From: Oscillospiraceae bacterium
GTDB taxonomy: Bacteria; Bacillota; Clostridia; Oscillospirales; CAG-272
Direction of reading: 5' to 3'
Length of the DNA stretch: 64,000 nucleotides
Assembly: GCA_015063645.1 (NCBI GenBank)
Contig: SVTS01000004.1
Coordinates: forward strand, 1,155 to 65,154
Within the stretch, counting starts at the first letter, position 1. Every line of letters begins with the position of its first letter. Made by a program: the position numbers and the translations under genes. The notes beneath the pieces were generated by a model, which saw nothing but the letters and a program-made list of their open reading frames with translations, was not told the DNA's origin and did no database searches. Below are positions 10,065-19,495 of the stretch, piece by piece.

Positions 10065-11015
10065 ATGTATTATCTCGGTTTTGACATAGGCGGAACAAAA
10101 TCCGCGGTCTGCCTCGGTGAGACGAATGCGGACGGCACAATCCGCATCCTCGGAAAAGAGAAATTTCCCACGACAGGCGCGCCGTACACGGTGCTGGACG
10201 GACTGATCGCCGCGGCGCGGCGGATCATGGATGCGGAAGGTATCGCTGCGGCGGATGTGCGGGCGGCAGGCATCTCCTGCGGAGGTCCCCTATCTTCGGC
10301 GCAGGGCGTAATCCTATCCCCGCCCAATCTGCCCGGCTGGGATGAGATCCACGCCGCAGAGCATATACAGGATGCGCTGGGCATCCCGGCGTATCTGGAG
10401 AATGATGCCAACGCCTGTGCCGCGGCGGAATGGCTGTTCGGCGCGGGACGCGGTACGAAAAATATGATTTTCCTCACCTTCGGCACAGGGCTTGGCGCAG
10501 GACTGATTCTGGACGGCCGCCTCTACCGGGGGACAACGGACAGCGCCGGCGAGATCGGGCATGTTCGTCTGACGGACGGCGGTCCCGTGGGATTCGGCGT
10601 GGCAGGCAGCTGTGAAGGCTGGTGCTCCGGCGGCGGCATCGCCCGCCTTGCACGCATGGAAGCGGAGCGTGATCCCGCCGCATCGGCGGCGCTTCTGCGG
10701 GAAGCCGGATCGGCGGAGAACATCAGCGCGGCGAACGTGGCAAAACTGGCAAACGCAGGCGATCCGTTCTGCCGGCGGATCTATGAGATGAGCGGAGAAA
10801 AACTGGGACAGACACTGGCAATCCTCTCCGATATTCTGGACGTGGAGAGGATCGTGATCGGAAGCGTGTTCGCCCGCTCGGAAAACCTGCTCCGCCCCGC
10901 CATGGAGCGGGTGATGCGACAGGAAGCTTTGCGCATGCCGGAGGTTGTCCCCGCCCAGCTGGGCGAATCCATCGGCGACATGGCGGCACTCGCCATCGCC
11001 GTGAACGCGCGATAA
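10065..11015 (+). CDS. ROK family sugar kinase / regulator-like protein
   Basis: YLGFDIGGTKSA N-terminal ATPase motif, ENDANACAAAEWLFGAGRG, GEIGH and Cys-containing ROK motif. Confidence 0.85.
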   Translation: MYYLGFDIGGTKSAVCLGETNADGTIRILGKEKFPTTGAPYTVLDGLIAAARRIMDAEGIAAADVRAAGISCGGPLSSAQGVILSPPNLPGWDEIHAAEHIQDALGIPAYLENDANACAAAEWLFGAGRGTKNMIFLTFGTGLGAGLILDGRLYRGTTDSAGEIGHVRLTDGGPVGFGVAGSCEGWCSGGGIARLARMEAERDPAASAALLREAGSAENISAANVAKLANAGDPFCRRIYEMSGEKLGQTLAILSDILDVERIVIGSVFARSENLLRPAMERVMRQEALRMPEVVPAQLGESIGDMAALAIAVNAR

Positions 11016-11046
11016 TCACATGAGACTGCGCAAGCCGTAGAAAATA

Positions 11047-11076
11047 CCCCAAGGGGTGTCGGGGGCGAAGCCCCTG
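11047..11076. repeat. short copy of GC-rich palindromic repeat family A
   Basis: CCCCAAGGGGTGTCGGGGGCGAAGCCCC; shares GGGGTGTCGGGGGC-N3-GCCCC with 19496, 53950 and 15079 copies. Confidence 0.6.
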
Positions 11077-11113
11077 CATAACCAAAACAATCCACTCCAT
11101 CGGAGGAACACCC

Positions 11114-11740
11114 ATGCATATCCACAATCTGATACAGCGGTATCCCGCCCTTGCAGGATGCCAATCCGATATTGCCGCCGCAGCCGGAATGCTGATCGAC
11201 TGCTTCGCCGGCGGCGGAAAACTGCTGGTCTGCGGCAACGGCGGCAGTGCCGCCGATGCGGATCACATCGTGGGGGAGCTGATGAAAGCATTCCTCCTCC
11301 CGCGCCGGCTGCCGGACGCAGAAATACAGGCACTGCAAAAGCTGGACGAGGACGGCGCCTGGCTCGCCGCCACGCTGGAACGCGGTCTGCCTGCCGTATC
11401 CCTCTGCGCCCACAGCGCGCTGATGACGGCGGTGGCAAATGACCGCACCGCGGAGACAATATTCGCCCAGCAGGTGACGGCGCTTGGCTGTCCGGGTGAC
11501 GTGCTGATGACAATCTCCACCTCGGGAAACAGCCGCAACTGCGTCCTCGCCGCAAAAATGGCAAAACTGCGCGATCTGCGGGTAATCGCCCTGACGGGCG
11601 CAAAGGAAAGCCGCCTCAGCGCGGCGGCGGATGTCTGCATCCGCGTGCCGGAGACGGAAACGTACAAGGTGCAGGAGATGCATCTCCCCGTATATCACGC
11701 CCTCTGCGCGCAGATCGAAGCGCATTTTTTCGGTGAATAA
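11114..11740 (+). CDS. gmhA: SIS-domain D-sedoheptulose-7-phosphate isomerase
   Basis: LLVCGNGGSAADADHIVGEL and ISTSGNSRN motifs characteristic of GmhA. Confidence 0.75.
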   Translation: MHIHNLIQRYPALAGCQSDIAAAAGMLIDCFAGGGKLLVCGNGGSAADADHIVGELMKAFLLPRRLPDAEIQALQKLDEDGAWLAATLERGLPAVSLCAHSALMTAVANDRTAETIFAQQVTALGCPGDVLMTISTSGNSRNCVLAAKMAKLRDLRVIALTGAKESRLSAAADVCIRVPETETYKVQEMHLPVYHALCAQIEAHFFGE

Positions 11741-11942
11741 TACCATCCGAACAAGGAGATATTCCCCTGCTTACGTTTCATCATAACATCCCCGACGGCG
11801 CGGCATTACACACTGCTAAAGGATTTATGTAAAACCGACAACCGGACAGTTTCCCCTTCTTAATAGAGTCCCAATTCAGTTTTGTGTTCCTGTCTGACGG
11901 AAAGCTGCCGTACAATTAACCTGAATTTTCGGAGGTAACAGT

Positions 11943-12251
11943 ATGTTCGTTTACTCAATTATTATGTTTTCAGCTGCAGTGATTTTTGTGGGAATGAGCA
12001 TTGCAATATACAGAGGCAAAACGGATTTGATTCACGATTACCACCAAACAAAAGTCACGGATAAATCAGCCTACGGAAAGGCCTTTGGAAAAGCAATGTT
12101 TGTTATCGCAGCAGCATTGCTCCTCAGCGGCATAATAGGTCTGTTTGATAGCTTTGCTATGATTGCTGTTGCAGTGCTTATTGCAGGATTGGCTGTTGGA
12201 ATAGGCTGCATCGTTGCGGTACAAAGAAAATACAATAAGGGCATATTCTGA
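11943..12251 (+). CDS. small membrane protein (3 predicted TM helices), unknown function
   Basis: 102 aa ORF, RBS GGAGGT; hydrophobic segments; locally AT-richer than neighbours. Confidence 0.5.
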   Translation: MFVYSIIMFSAAVIFVGMSIAIYRGKTDLIHDYHQTKVTDKSAYGKAFGKAMFVIAAALLLSGIIGLFDSFAMIAVAVLIAGLAVGIGCIVAVQRKYNKGIF

Positions 12252-12347
12252 ATTCCGACCTATCTGAACATCGGTAACACAAAAAGTAATTGGGAGTTAA
12301 TAAAACAATATCCGAAAGGAGAGCGGGGGGTCCCCGCAACAACCGAC

Positions 12348-13898
12348 ATGCTGCATCTTGCATCCACATCCCGCAGCCGCGTCTGCGGATTTCTGCGCGC
12401 CGACGGACGGCGCCTTGTGAATGAGCGCGGTGAAGAAGTTATCCTCACCGGCATGGGACTGGGCAACTGGCTTCTGTGGGAGGGCTACATGTGGCGGCTG
12501 TACGGCAAGTATGACCGTCCGCGCACCATCGAAACATTGCTCTGCGAGTTGTGCGGTGAGGAGTACACCGCCGATTTCATCCGCCGCTTCAGAGAGAATT
12601 ACATCACCCGTGAGGATGTACGCCGCATGGCGGAGGAGGGATTCAACTCCGTCCGTGTGCCCATCGGCTGGCGTACGCTCATGAAAAACGAGCCCGGCTA
12701 TCCCCTGATCGAAGAGGGATTTGCCCTGTTGGACCGCTTCATCGACTGGTGCGAGGAGGAGAAAATCTACGTGATTCTCGATCTCCACGGTGCACCCGGC
12801 GGTCAGACCGGCGCCAATATCGACGACTGCTTCGACGACCGTCCCCGTCTCTTCACTGATCCCGAATCCCGCGAGGCAGGACTGAAGCTGTGGCGCGCCA
12901 TGGCGGAGCGATATAAGGATCGCTGGATCGTGGCGGCGTACGATCTGCTCAACGAGCCGCTCCGTCCGGAAAGAGACGCCCGTTATCCCCGTATCCCCGA
13001 TTACAGAAACGATCTGGCGCAGTTCTACCGTGACTGCATCGCCGAGATCCGGAAGATTGACACCCGTCACACCGTGCAGGTGGAGGGCAGAAACTGGGCA
13101 AGCAAGGCGGATATCTTTGACGCGAAATGGGACAGCAATCTGGTGATCCATTTCCACCGCTACTGGTGCCGTCCCGACATCGCCGTTTATAAAGAATTCC
13201 TCGCCAAATCGGCGGAACTGGACGTGCCGCTCTATCTGGGCGAGACCGGCGAAAACAACAATGAATGGTATGCCGCCATGTATCCGCTGTCCCTGTCGCT
13301 GGGCATCGGCTGGAACATCTGGCCGTGGAAGAAGATGGCATGCACCAACTCCCCCTATTCCGTCCGTCCGCCAAAGGGCTGGGAAAAGATCCAGCAGTAC
13401 GGCCGCGGCGGCGAGCGTCCCTCATTCGCCGAAGCGCAGGCAATCCTGGACGGCTATCTGGAAAATATGAAGATCGAAAACTGCGACTACAATCCCGCCG
13501 TGACCGCATCCTTCTGCCGCCGTCCCGGCAGTGCGTGGAAGGCAGCCGATTTTGATGAACTGCCCGGCAGGGGCATCTCGTACTTCGGCGAAGCCGTGCT
13601 GGATCGGGGCATTTACCGGGACGGCACAGGCATGCGCCTTGTGGGCGGTAATGAATGGAATCAGCTGGATCTGCTTCTCGCCCCCGGCGAGTGGGCGGAA
13701 TATTCCATGAGCGAATCCGCCGCGGGCGGCACGCTGCACATCATCGGCGATGGTGAGATCACCGTCACCGCAGGCAATGAGACGCTTGGCACAGGCACGC
13801 TTCCGCTGGATGTAAAGATCCCCGCCGGGGACGGCGAGATCACGGTGCGGATCACCGGCAATGCCCGTGCAAAACTGCACAAACTGGAATACCGCTGA
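12348..13898 (+). CDS. glycoside hydrolase family 5 protein with C-terminal beta-sandwich extension
   Basis: FNSVRVPIGW, ILDLHGAPGGQTG and YDLLNEP (GH5 acid/base NEP) motifs; no signal peptide; start assignment tentative because the RBS is distant. Confidence 0.8.
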   Translation: MLHLASTSRSRVCGFLRADGRRLVNERGEEVILTGMGLGNWLLWEGYMWRLYGKYDRPRTIETLLCELCGEEYTADFIRRFRENYITREDVRRMAEEGFNSVRVPIGWRTLMKNEPGYPLIEEGFALLDRFIDWCEEEKIYVILDLHGAPGGQTGANIDDCFDDRPRLFTDPESREAGLKLWRAMAERYKDRWIVAAYDLLNEPLRPERDARYPRIPDYRNDLAQFYRDCIAEIRKIDTRHTVQVEGRNWASKADIFDAKWDSNLVIHFHRYWCRPDIAVYKEFLAKSAELDVPLYLGETGENNNEWYAAMYPLSLSLGIGWNIWPWKKMACTNSPYSVRPPKGWEKIQQYGRGGERPSFAEAQAILDGYLENMKIENCDYNPAVTASFCRRPGSAWKAADFDELPGRGISYFGEAVLDRGIYRDGTGMRLVGGNEWNQLDLLLAPGEWAEYSMSESAAGGTLHIIGDGEITVTAGNETLGTGTLPLDVKIPAGDGEITVRITGNARAKLHKLEYR

Positions 13899-13911
13899 GG
13901 AGGAGACACCT

Positions 13912-15075
13912 ATGTCCGTACAGAACATTCCGGATCGTGAGATCGCCGCGGCACTGGCGGAAATGGAAGCCCTGTACGATCCGCAAAAGCAGCTGGACCT
14001 GTACACCGATCTCTATGATCCCGCCACGGGCGGCATGTATTTCTCCCTTCCCGCCGTCACGCGGGAGGGATTCGGTCCCAATATCGAATCCACCGCGCAG
14101 GCGGCACTGCCCGTCGCCCTCTACTCCGACGCGGAGAAAAAGAAGCTGGGCAGCTGGATACAAAGCCTGCAGGATCCCGTCACGGGCTGGTTCATGGAGG
14201 GGGAGTTTGATATTGCCTCCGCATCCGTGGGCAAGAAACAGCGCAACCATTTCATGGGCATGGCGGTGCTCCGCGCCTGCGGCATGACGCCGCTGTATCC
14301 CACCGCCACGGAACGTGCGGTACAGACACCGCCTCCCGCCGCCGACACGCCCGATGCGGCAGATGACTCCTATCTCTCCTCGCTGGACGCCTATATGGAT
14401 TGGGTGAAAAACAGCTACGACTGGGACGGAAACGATCCGACGAAAAAGCACGTCTGGCAGGCGGGCAATGACATCGGCGATTTTTCCGCACAGCTGAAAG
14501 AGATGGGCTGGCTGGACACAGTAGCGGCGTTCATCCGCTCCAAACAGCGTCCGGACAACGGACTTTTCACCGATGAGATCAGCATTGTGGGCATCTCCGC
14601 CGTGACGAAGCTGTCGGGAATGTACACCCTCACCGGCACGCCGATGCCCTACATGGACAAAATCATCGAATCCGCGGCGTATCTGGCGGAGACCGCCCGA
14701 TTCACCGCCGGATCGGAGCCGTACAACATTACGCTGGCGATGCGGTTTATGGTAAAAAGCGCCGGCGAGACAGGCATTGATGCGGATACGCAGGCGGCGC
14801 TCCGCCGTGCCGCACCGCGCTTCGTGCGGGGCATCGCCGGGGCGATGAAGGATTTTCGCAAAGCGGACGGCGGATTCGGCTACTGCGTGGGCGGTCCCTG
14901 TACCCATTCTCAGGGCGCCTACGTGACACCGCCGGGCATCGACTGCTCCGACGTGAACGGCAATCAGTTAGCGAAAGGCGTGCGGAACGATCTGTACTGG
15001 CTGATGGGTCTGGAAACCCCGCCGCTGTTCACAGATGAAGCGTTTTATGCAAGGATCAAGGCAAAAATGCGCTGA
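13912..15075 (+). CDS. hypothetical protein (possibly alpha/alpha-toroid like)
   Basis: 387 aa from ATG at 13912 with RBS GAGGAGGAG; coding GC3 pattern; no firm family recognised. Confidence 0.6.
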   Translation: MSVQNIPDREIAAALAEMEALYDPQKQLDLYTDLYDPATGGMYFSLPAVTREGFGPNIESTAQAALPVALYSDAEKKKLGSWIQSLQDPVTGWFMEGEFDIASASVGKKQRNHFMGMAVLRACGMTPLYPTATERAVQTPPPAADTPDAADDSYLSSLDAYMDWVKNSYDWDGNDPTKKHVWQAGNDIGDFSAQLKEMGWLDTVAAFIRSKQRPDNGLFTDEISIVGISAVTKLSGMYTLTGTPMPYMDKIIESAAYLAETARFTAGSEPYNITLAMRFMVKSAGETGIDADTQAALRRAAPRFVRGIAGAMKDFRKADGGFGYCVGGPCTHSQGAYVTPPGIDCSDVNGNQLAKGVRNDLYWLMGLETPPLFTDEAFYARIKAKMR

Positions 15076-15078
15076 CAC

Positions 15079-15158
15079 CGGAGGGGGTCGGGAGCGAAGC
15101 CCCCGGAATTCTAAAATATCCAAGGGGGTCAAAGGGGGAACAGAGTTCCCCCTTGCAG
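15079..15158. repeat. 80-bp palindromic repeat element (family A), flanked by 11-bp direct repeat TGCGCTGACAC
   Basis: GGGGGTCGGGAGCGAAGCCCCCGG ... GGGGGTCAAAGGGGGAACAGAGTTCCCCCTTG; direct repeats at 15068..15078 and 15159..15169. Confidence 0.7.
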
Positions 15159-15204
15159 TGCGCTGACACATAAAGCAAGATATCAAAAAGAAAGGATCAC
15201 CACC

Positions 15205-16326
15205 ATGAACTTTACCTATCTCGACCGGTATCTGGAATCCCTGCTGGATTTCGGCTTTCCCATGTATGACTGCACCGTGTATGTCAATCATAACGAAGTC
15301 TACCGCCGCCGGGGCGGCAATATCGGCGCGCCCGGCTCCTGGTATTTTCTCTACTCCTGCTCCAAGCCCGTCACCTGCGCCGCCGCGCTGACGCTGCTTG
15401 AACAGGGCAAATACAAGCTGACCGATCCCGTTTCCGCCTATCTGCCGGAATACGCCGATGTACAGGTAGAAGAACGCCTGCCCGGCGGAGTCTCCTACCT
15501 CCGTCCGCCCAAGTCCCCGATGCAGATCCGGCATCTGTTCACCATGACCGCCGGTCTGAATTACAATATGCGCACGCCCGCGATTCTGGAAGCTATCGAG
15601 AAGACGGACGGACGCGCGCCCACCCGTGAGATTGCCCGCGCTATCGCGAAAACGCCCCTCTCCTTCGATCCCGGCGACAGATGGCAGTACAGTCTCTGCC
15701 ACGACGTGCTCGCCGCGCTGACCGAGGTGATCGCCGGGGAAAAGTTCCGCGATTACGTAAAGCGCATGATGTTCGATCCGCTGGGCATGAAGAACACCGG
15801 CTACTGCATCCCCACCGGTGCGGATCTGGATTTCGTGAACACACAGTACCGCTACAACGATGAAAAGCACATCGCCGAAGTAACGGAGAAGAAGGTCACC
15901 CACATTCTCGGTCCCGACTACGACAGCGGCGGCGCAGGCATGATCTCCTGCCCGGAGGATTACATCCTCTTCGCAGATGCCATGGCAAACGGCGGCGTCG
16001 GCAAAACCGGCGCGCAGATTCTCTCTCCCGCCACCATTGATCTGATGCGCACGAACTGCCTCACAGAGGAGCAGCGGCGCACCTTCAGCTGGGCACAGCT
16101 GGCAGGCTACGGCTACGGTCTCGGTGTCCGCACCATGATCGACCGCGCCGGCGGCGGCTCCATCGGTCCCATAGGCGAATTCGGCTGGGGCGGTGCGGCA
16201 GGCGCGCTGGTATACATCTCCCCCGAGAAGAAAACCGCGGTTTATCTGGCGCAGCACACGCTGAATCCTCACGAGGACAAGGTTCTGCCTGAGCTCAGAA
16301 ATGTAGTTTTTGCGGCGATCGGATAA
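15205..16326 (+). CDS. serine hydrolase, beta-lactamase/transpeptidase-like (class C family)
   Basis: SCSKPVT (SxxK) and YSLCHD (Yxx) motifs; no signal peptide. Confidence 0.8.
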   Translation: MNFTYLDRYLESLLDFGFPMYDCTVYVNHNEVYRRRGGNIGAPGSWYFLYSCSKPVTCAAALTLLEQGKYKLTDPVSAYLPEYADVQVEERLPGGVSYLRPPKSPMQIRHLFTMTAGLNYNMRTPAILEAIEKTDGRAPTREIARAIAKTPLSFDPGDRWQYSLCHDVLAALTEVIAGEKFRDYVKRMMFDPLGMKNTGYCIPTGADLDFVNTQYRYNDEKHIAEVTEKKVTHILGPDYDSGGAGMISCPEDYILFADAMANGGVGKTGAQILSPATIDLMRTNCLTEEQRRTFSWAQLAGYGYGLGVRTMIDRAGGGSIGPIGEFGWGGAAGALVYISPEKKTAVYLAQHTLNPHEDKVLPELRNVVFAAIG

Positions 16327-16369
16327 CAGATTTTCCTATTCTGTACACCCGGAAATATTCCCCTTCCTC

Positions 16370-16398
16370 TTGACACCCATCATAAAGTGGTATATAAT
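16370..16398 (+). promoter_or_regulatory. consensus sigma-A promoter of oxidoreductase/TIM-barrel operon
   Basis: TTGACA-17 nt-TATAAT. Confidence 0.75.
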
Positions 16399-16416
16399 TA
16401 AGCTGTGAAAAATCCG

Positions 16417-16487
16417 TCCTGCAGGGGTGCACCCGGGGACACTTTCTCACATAAAATTCATCCTGCCGGGGTGCACCCGGGGGACTT
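16417..16487 (+). promoter_or_regulatory. two direct copies of TCCTGC(A/C)GGGGTGCACCCGGGG(G)AC, each with a perfect 10-bp palindrome GGGTGCACCC, in the leader
   Basis: Copies at 16417..16444 and 16461..16487 (44 bp apart), between the -10 box and the RBS of 16506. Confidence 0.7.
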
Positions 16488-16505
16488 CAAACGGAGGAAT
16501 CATCC

Positions 16506-17546
16506 ATGAAGAAATTTGCTGCCGTGATCGGCTACGGCGGAATGGGCGGCTGGCATACCCAGCACCTGCTGAAAAGCGATGTTTTTGAACTCGCCGGAAT
16601 CTATGATATAAAGAAGGAGCGCTGCGAGCTGGCGGAGAAGAACGGTATTCACGCATACGCTTCCCGCGAAGAGCTGCTTGCCGATCCGCGCATTGAACTT
16701 GTCACCGTCGCGACTCCCAATGATGTACATGAAGAAATCGTTGTTGCCGCACTGAAGGCAGGCAAGAATGTTATCTCCGAAAAGCCCGTTACGCTGTCCC
16801 TGGATTCGCTGGAGCGTATGATCGCTGTGGCAGAATCCTGCGGCAAGCTGTTCACCGTTCACCAGAACCGCCGCTTCGACGTGGACTATCTGGCTATGAA
16901 GCAGATCCACGACTCCGGCGAGATCGGTGAGGTCATCAATCTGGAATCCCGTATCCACGGTTCCCGCGGCATCCCCTCCGACTGGAGAGGCGAAAAGGAA
17001 CACGGCGGCGGCATGCTCTATGACTGGGGCATTCATCTGATCGACCAGGCGCTTATGGTTCTGGGCTGGGATGTGGACACGGTCAACTGCCGTTTCGATC
17101 ACATCACGAACGAAGAAGTGGACGACGGCTTCCAGCTGGATATCCGGCTGAAGAGCGGCAAGCGTGCGTACATCGAAGTAGGTACATACAACTTCATCGC
17201 TATGCCCCGCTTCTACATGAGAGCGAAGAAGGGGACCGCACTGATCACCGACTGGCGTGAGGAAACCCAGGTCGTGAAGTGCAAATACTGGCATGAGAGC
17301 GACGTCATCCCGGTGGAAACCGCTGCCGGTCTGACCAAGACGATGGCTCCCCGTGATGAGGTGACCACGGACACCTATCGCGTAGCCCGTCCCGCATCCG
17401 ACGTACACGATTACTACCGCAACATGTATGCCGCCATTGACGGCAAGGCAACACAGCTTGTCACCCACGAGCAGATGCGCATCGATCTGAAGGTGATCAT
17501 GAAGGCATTTGAATCCGTTGAAAGTGGCATGACCGTAAAATTCTGA
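16506..17546 (+). CDS. Gfo/Idh/MocA family NAD(P)-dependent oxidoreductase
   Basis: N-terminal Rossmann AVIGYGGMGGWH, EKP motif (ISEKPV), C-terminal alpha/beta domain. Confidence 0.85.
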   Translation: MKKFAAVIGYGGMGGWHTQHLLKSDVFELAGIYDIKKERCELAEKNGIHAYASREELLADPRIELVTVATPNDVHEEIVVAALKAGKNVISEKPVTLSLDSLERMIAVAESCGKLFTVHQNRRFDVDYLAMKQIHDSGEIGEVINLESRIHGSRGIPSDWRGEKEHGGGMLYDWGIHLIDQALMVLGWDVDTVNCRFDHITNEEVDDGFQLDIRLKSGKRAYIEVGTYNFIAMPRFYMRAKKGTALITDWREETQVVKCKYWHESDVIPVETAAGLTKTMAPRDEVTTDTYRVARPASDVHDYYRNMYAAIDGKATQLVTHEQMRIDLKVIMKAFESVESGMTVKF

Positions 17547-17607
17547 GAAACGGAGGAGGGGATTGTATCAATCCCCTCCTGATTTTTTATAAAGGAGAGC
17601 TCACACC

Positions 17608-18489
17608 ATGCGTATTTCTACCACAACCAATTTCCTCGCCAAGCGCTTCGGCTCCATGCAGGCAGCTGTCCGCATGCTGGCTGAGGCAGGCTTTGACTGC
17701 TATGATTATTCCGTATTTGATACAAGCGAAAACAACCCGCTGTACTGCGACGGCTGGCGTGAGTATCTCGCCGAAGTAAAGGCTGCCGCCGATGCGGTCG
17801 GGATCGTCTGCAACCAGTCGCACGCTCCCTTCCCCTCCAGCATGCCCGATCTTCCGAAGAACGCAGACTACAACGCTCATATCTTTGAGCGGATCGTTCG
17901 CGCCATGGAAGGCGCCGCTCTGCTGGGCGCACAGAACATCGTTGTCCATCCGGTACAGCATCTGAATTACTGGGAAAACCAGCAGAAGCTCTTCGATATG
18001 AACATGGATTTCTACCGTTCCCTCGCGCCTTACGCGAAGAAATTCGGCATTAAAGTCTGCGTGGAAAACATGTGGCAGCGCAAGGACGGGCGGATCTGCG
18101 ACTCCACCTGCGCTCCCGCATCGGAATTCGCCGCCTATCTGGATACGCTGGCGGATGACTGCTTCACCGGCTGTCTTGATCTGGGTCACTGCGGTCTCGT
18201 CGGCCGCGACGCCGCGCAGATGATCCGCGATCTGGGCGCATCCCACATCGGTGCGCTCCACGTACATGATAACGATCACTACGGCGATCTGCACACCATC
18301 CCCTTCAACGGCAAGATGAACTGGCCGGAAATCACCGAAGCGCTGGGCAATATCGGCTACGCCGGCGATTTCACCTATGAAGCAGACAGCTATCTGAATC
18401 CCCTGCCGAACGATTTCGTGCCGAACGCTCTTGCTTATATGGAAAAAATGGCGCGCACCCTCACCGCAAGAATCGACGCCGCAAGATAA
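17608..18489 (+). CDS. sugar phosphate isomerase/epimerase (xylose isomerase-like TIM barrel), paralog 1
   Basis: 293 aa; AGFDCYDYS, IVVHP, CVENMW, CLDLGHC, LHVHDND metal-site pattern. Confidence 0.85.
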   Translation: MRISTTTNFLAKRFGSMQAAVRMLAEAGFDCYDYSVFDTSENNPLYCDGWREYLAEVKAAADAVGIVCNQSHAPFPSSMPDLPKNADYNAHIFERIVRAMEGAALLGAQNIVVHPVQHLNYWENQQKLFDMNMDFYRSLAPYAKKFGIKVCVENMWQRKDGRICDSTCAPASEFAAYLDTLADDCFTGCLDLGHCGLVGRDAAQMIRDLGASHIGALHVHDNDHYGDLHTIPFNGKMNWPEITEALGNIGYAGDFTYEADSYLNPLPNDFVPNALAYMEKMARTLTARIDAAR

Positions 18490-18491
18490 AG

Positions 18492-18600
18492 GCTCCGAGG
18501 GTGTCCTCCCGAAAAGGTGTACCCCCGCGAAAATCCATTAAAGTTTTTGGGGGCGCGGACCCTTTTTCCCAAAAGGATCCGCATCCCTCCCCAAACCCAA
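18492..18600. repeat. intergenic palindromic repeat cluster (family A head + family B-like hairpin)
   Basis: CCGAGGGTGTCC... then AAAGTTTTTGGGGGCGCGGACCCTTTTTCCCAAAAGGATCCGC; related to 48593 and 55629 copies. Confidence 0.55.
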
Positions 18601-18614
18601 AAGGAGACACACTT

Positions 18615-19490
18615 ATGAAAATCTCAACCACCACCTATCCTTACTGCAATGCCCACGGCACAGCAGAAGCCATCCGCCTGATCGCCAACGCAGGTTTTGA
18701 CTGCTACGATTATTCCGTGTTCGATATCTCCGAAAATAATCCTCTGTACTGCGACGGCTGGCGCGATTACATTGCCGATCTGCGCCGGAAGGCGGATGCG
18801 CTGGGCATCGCCTGCAATCAGGCCCACGCGCCCTTTCCCACCAGCAAACTGCCCACGCCCTCAAACGAGGCGTACAATGATACCATCACCGACAAGGTGA
18901 TCCGCTCCATGGAAGCGGCGGCAATGCTGGGCGCAAAAGCCATCGTCGTCCATCCGAAACAGCATCTGGATCACTGGGATCACATCGAGGATCATTTCCG
19001 GATCAATATGGAGTTCTACCGTTCCCTGGCTCCGTATGCAAAACAGTTCGGCATCAAGATCGCCCTGGAAAACATGTGGCGTACCCGCGACGGAAAAATT
19101 GTGGAATCCACCTGCTCCTCCGCTGAGGAATTCAACCGCTATTTTGATACCCTCGCCGATGACTGCTTCACCTGCTGTCTGGATCTGGGACACTGCGGTC
19201 TGACCGGTTTCAAAGCGGAAGACATGATCCGTGCCATGGGAAAGCGCATCGGCACGCTCCATGTCCACGACAATGACGATTTCCACGACTCCCACACCCT
19301 GCCCTTCAACGGCAAAATGAACTGGGAAGCTATCACGCAGGCGCTGGGCGAAATCGGCTACGAAGGCGATTTCACCTACGAAACGACTGCTTATCAGAAA
19401 AAGATTCCCGATTATCTGATGCCCGATGCCCTCTCCTATATGGAGAAAATGGCACGCCGCCTCTGCGAACAAATCGACGCCGCAAGATAA
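18615..19490 (+). CDS. sugar phosphate isomerase/epimerase (xylose isomerase-like TIM barrel), paralog 2
   Basis: Start at MKISTTT (RBS AAAGGAGA); by eye more than half of residues identical to paralog 1, same C-terminus ..YMEKMAR.L...IDAAR. Confidence 0.85.
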   Translation: MKISTTTYPYCNAHGTAEAIRLIANAGFDCYDYSVFDISENNPLYCDGWRDYIADLRRKADALGIACNQAHAPFPTSKLPTPSNEAYNDTITDKVIRSMEAAAMLGAKAIVVHPKQHLDHWDHIEDHFRINMEFYRSLAPYAKQFGIKIALENMWRTRDGKIVESTCSSAEEFNRYFDTLADDCFTCCLDLGHCGLTGFKAEDMIRAMGKRIGTLHVHDNDDFHDSHTLPFNGKMNWEAITQALGEIGYEGDFTYETTAYQKKIPDYLMPDALSYMEKMARRLCEQIDAAR

Positions 19491-19495
19491 AGAAT

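Noticed and set aside
11760-12300. AT-richer patch with a small membrane-protein gene, considered as a possible mobile island
   Set aside because: It has no integrase, transposase, flanking repeats or tRNA boundary. It holds a single small gene, and the compositional dip is compatible with a membrane protein plus intergenic DNA.
13852-16272. Minus-strand ORFs 13852..14907 (351 aa) and 14968..16272 (434 aa)
   Set aside because: They are antisense to the hypothetical protein and the SxxK serine hydrolase gene. They run across an intergenic repeat element and lack RBSs.
18501-18614. N-terminal extension of TIM-barrel paralog 2 (ORF start at 18501), and similarly 13861..13911, 33814..33939, 35176..35301, 35775..35813 and 36781..36828
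   Set aside because: The extensions translate repeat elements, promoters or the end of the previous gene. Internal ATGs with good RBSs align with the paralogs' N-termini.
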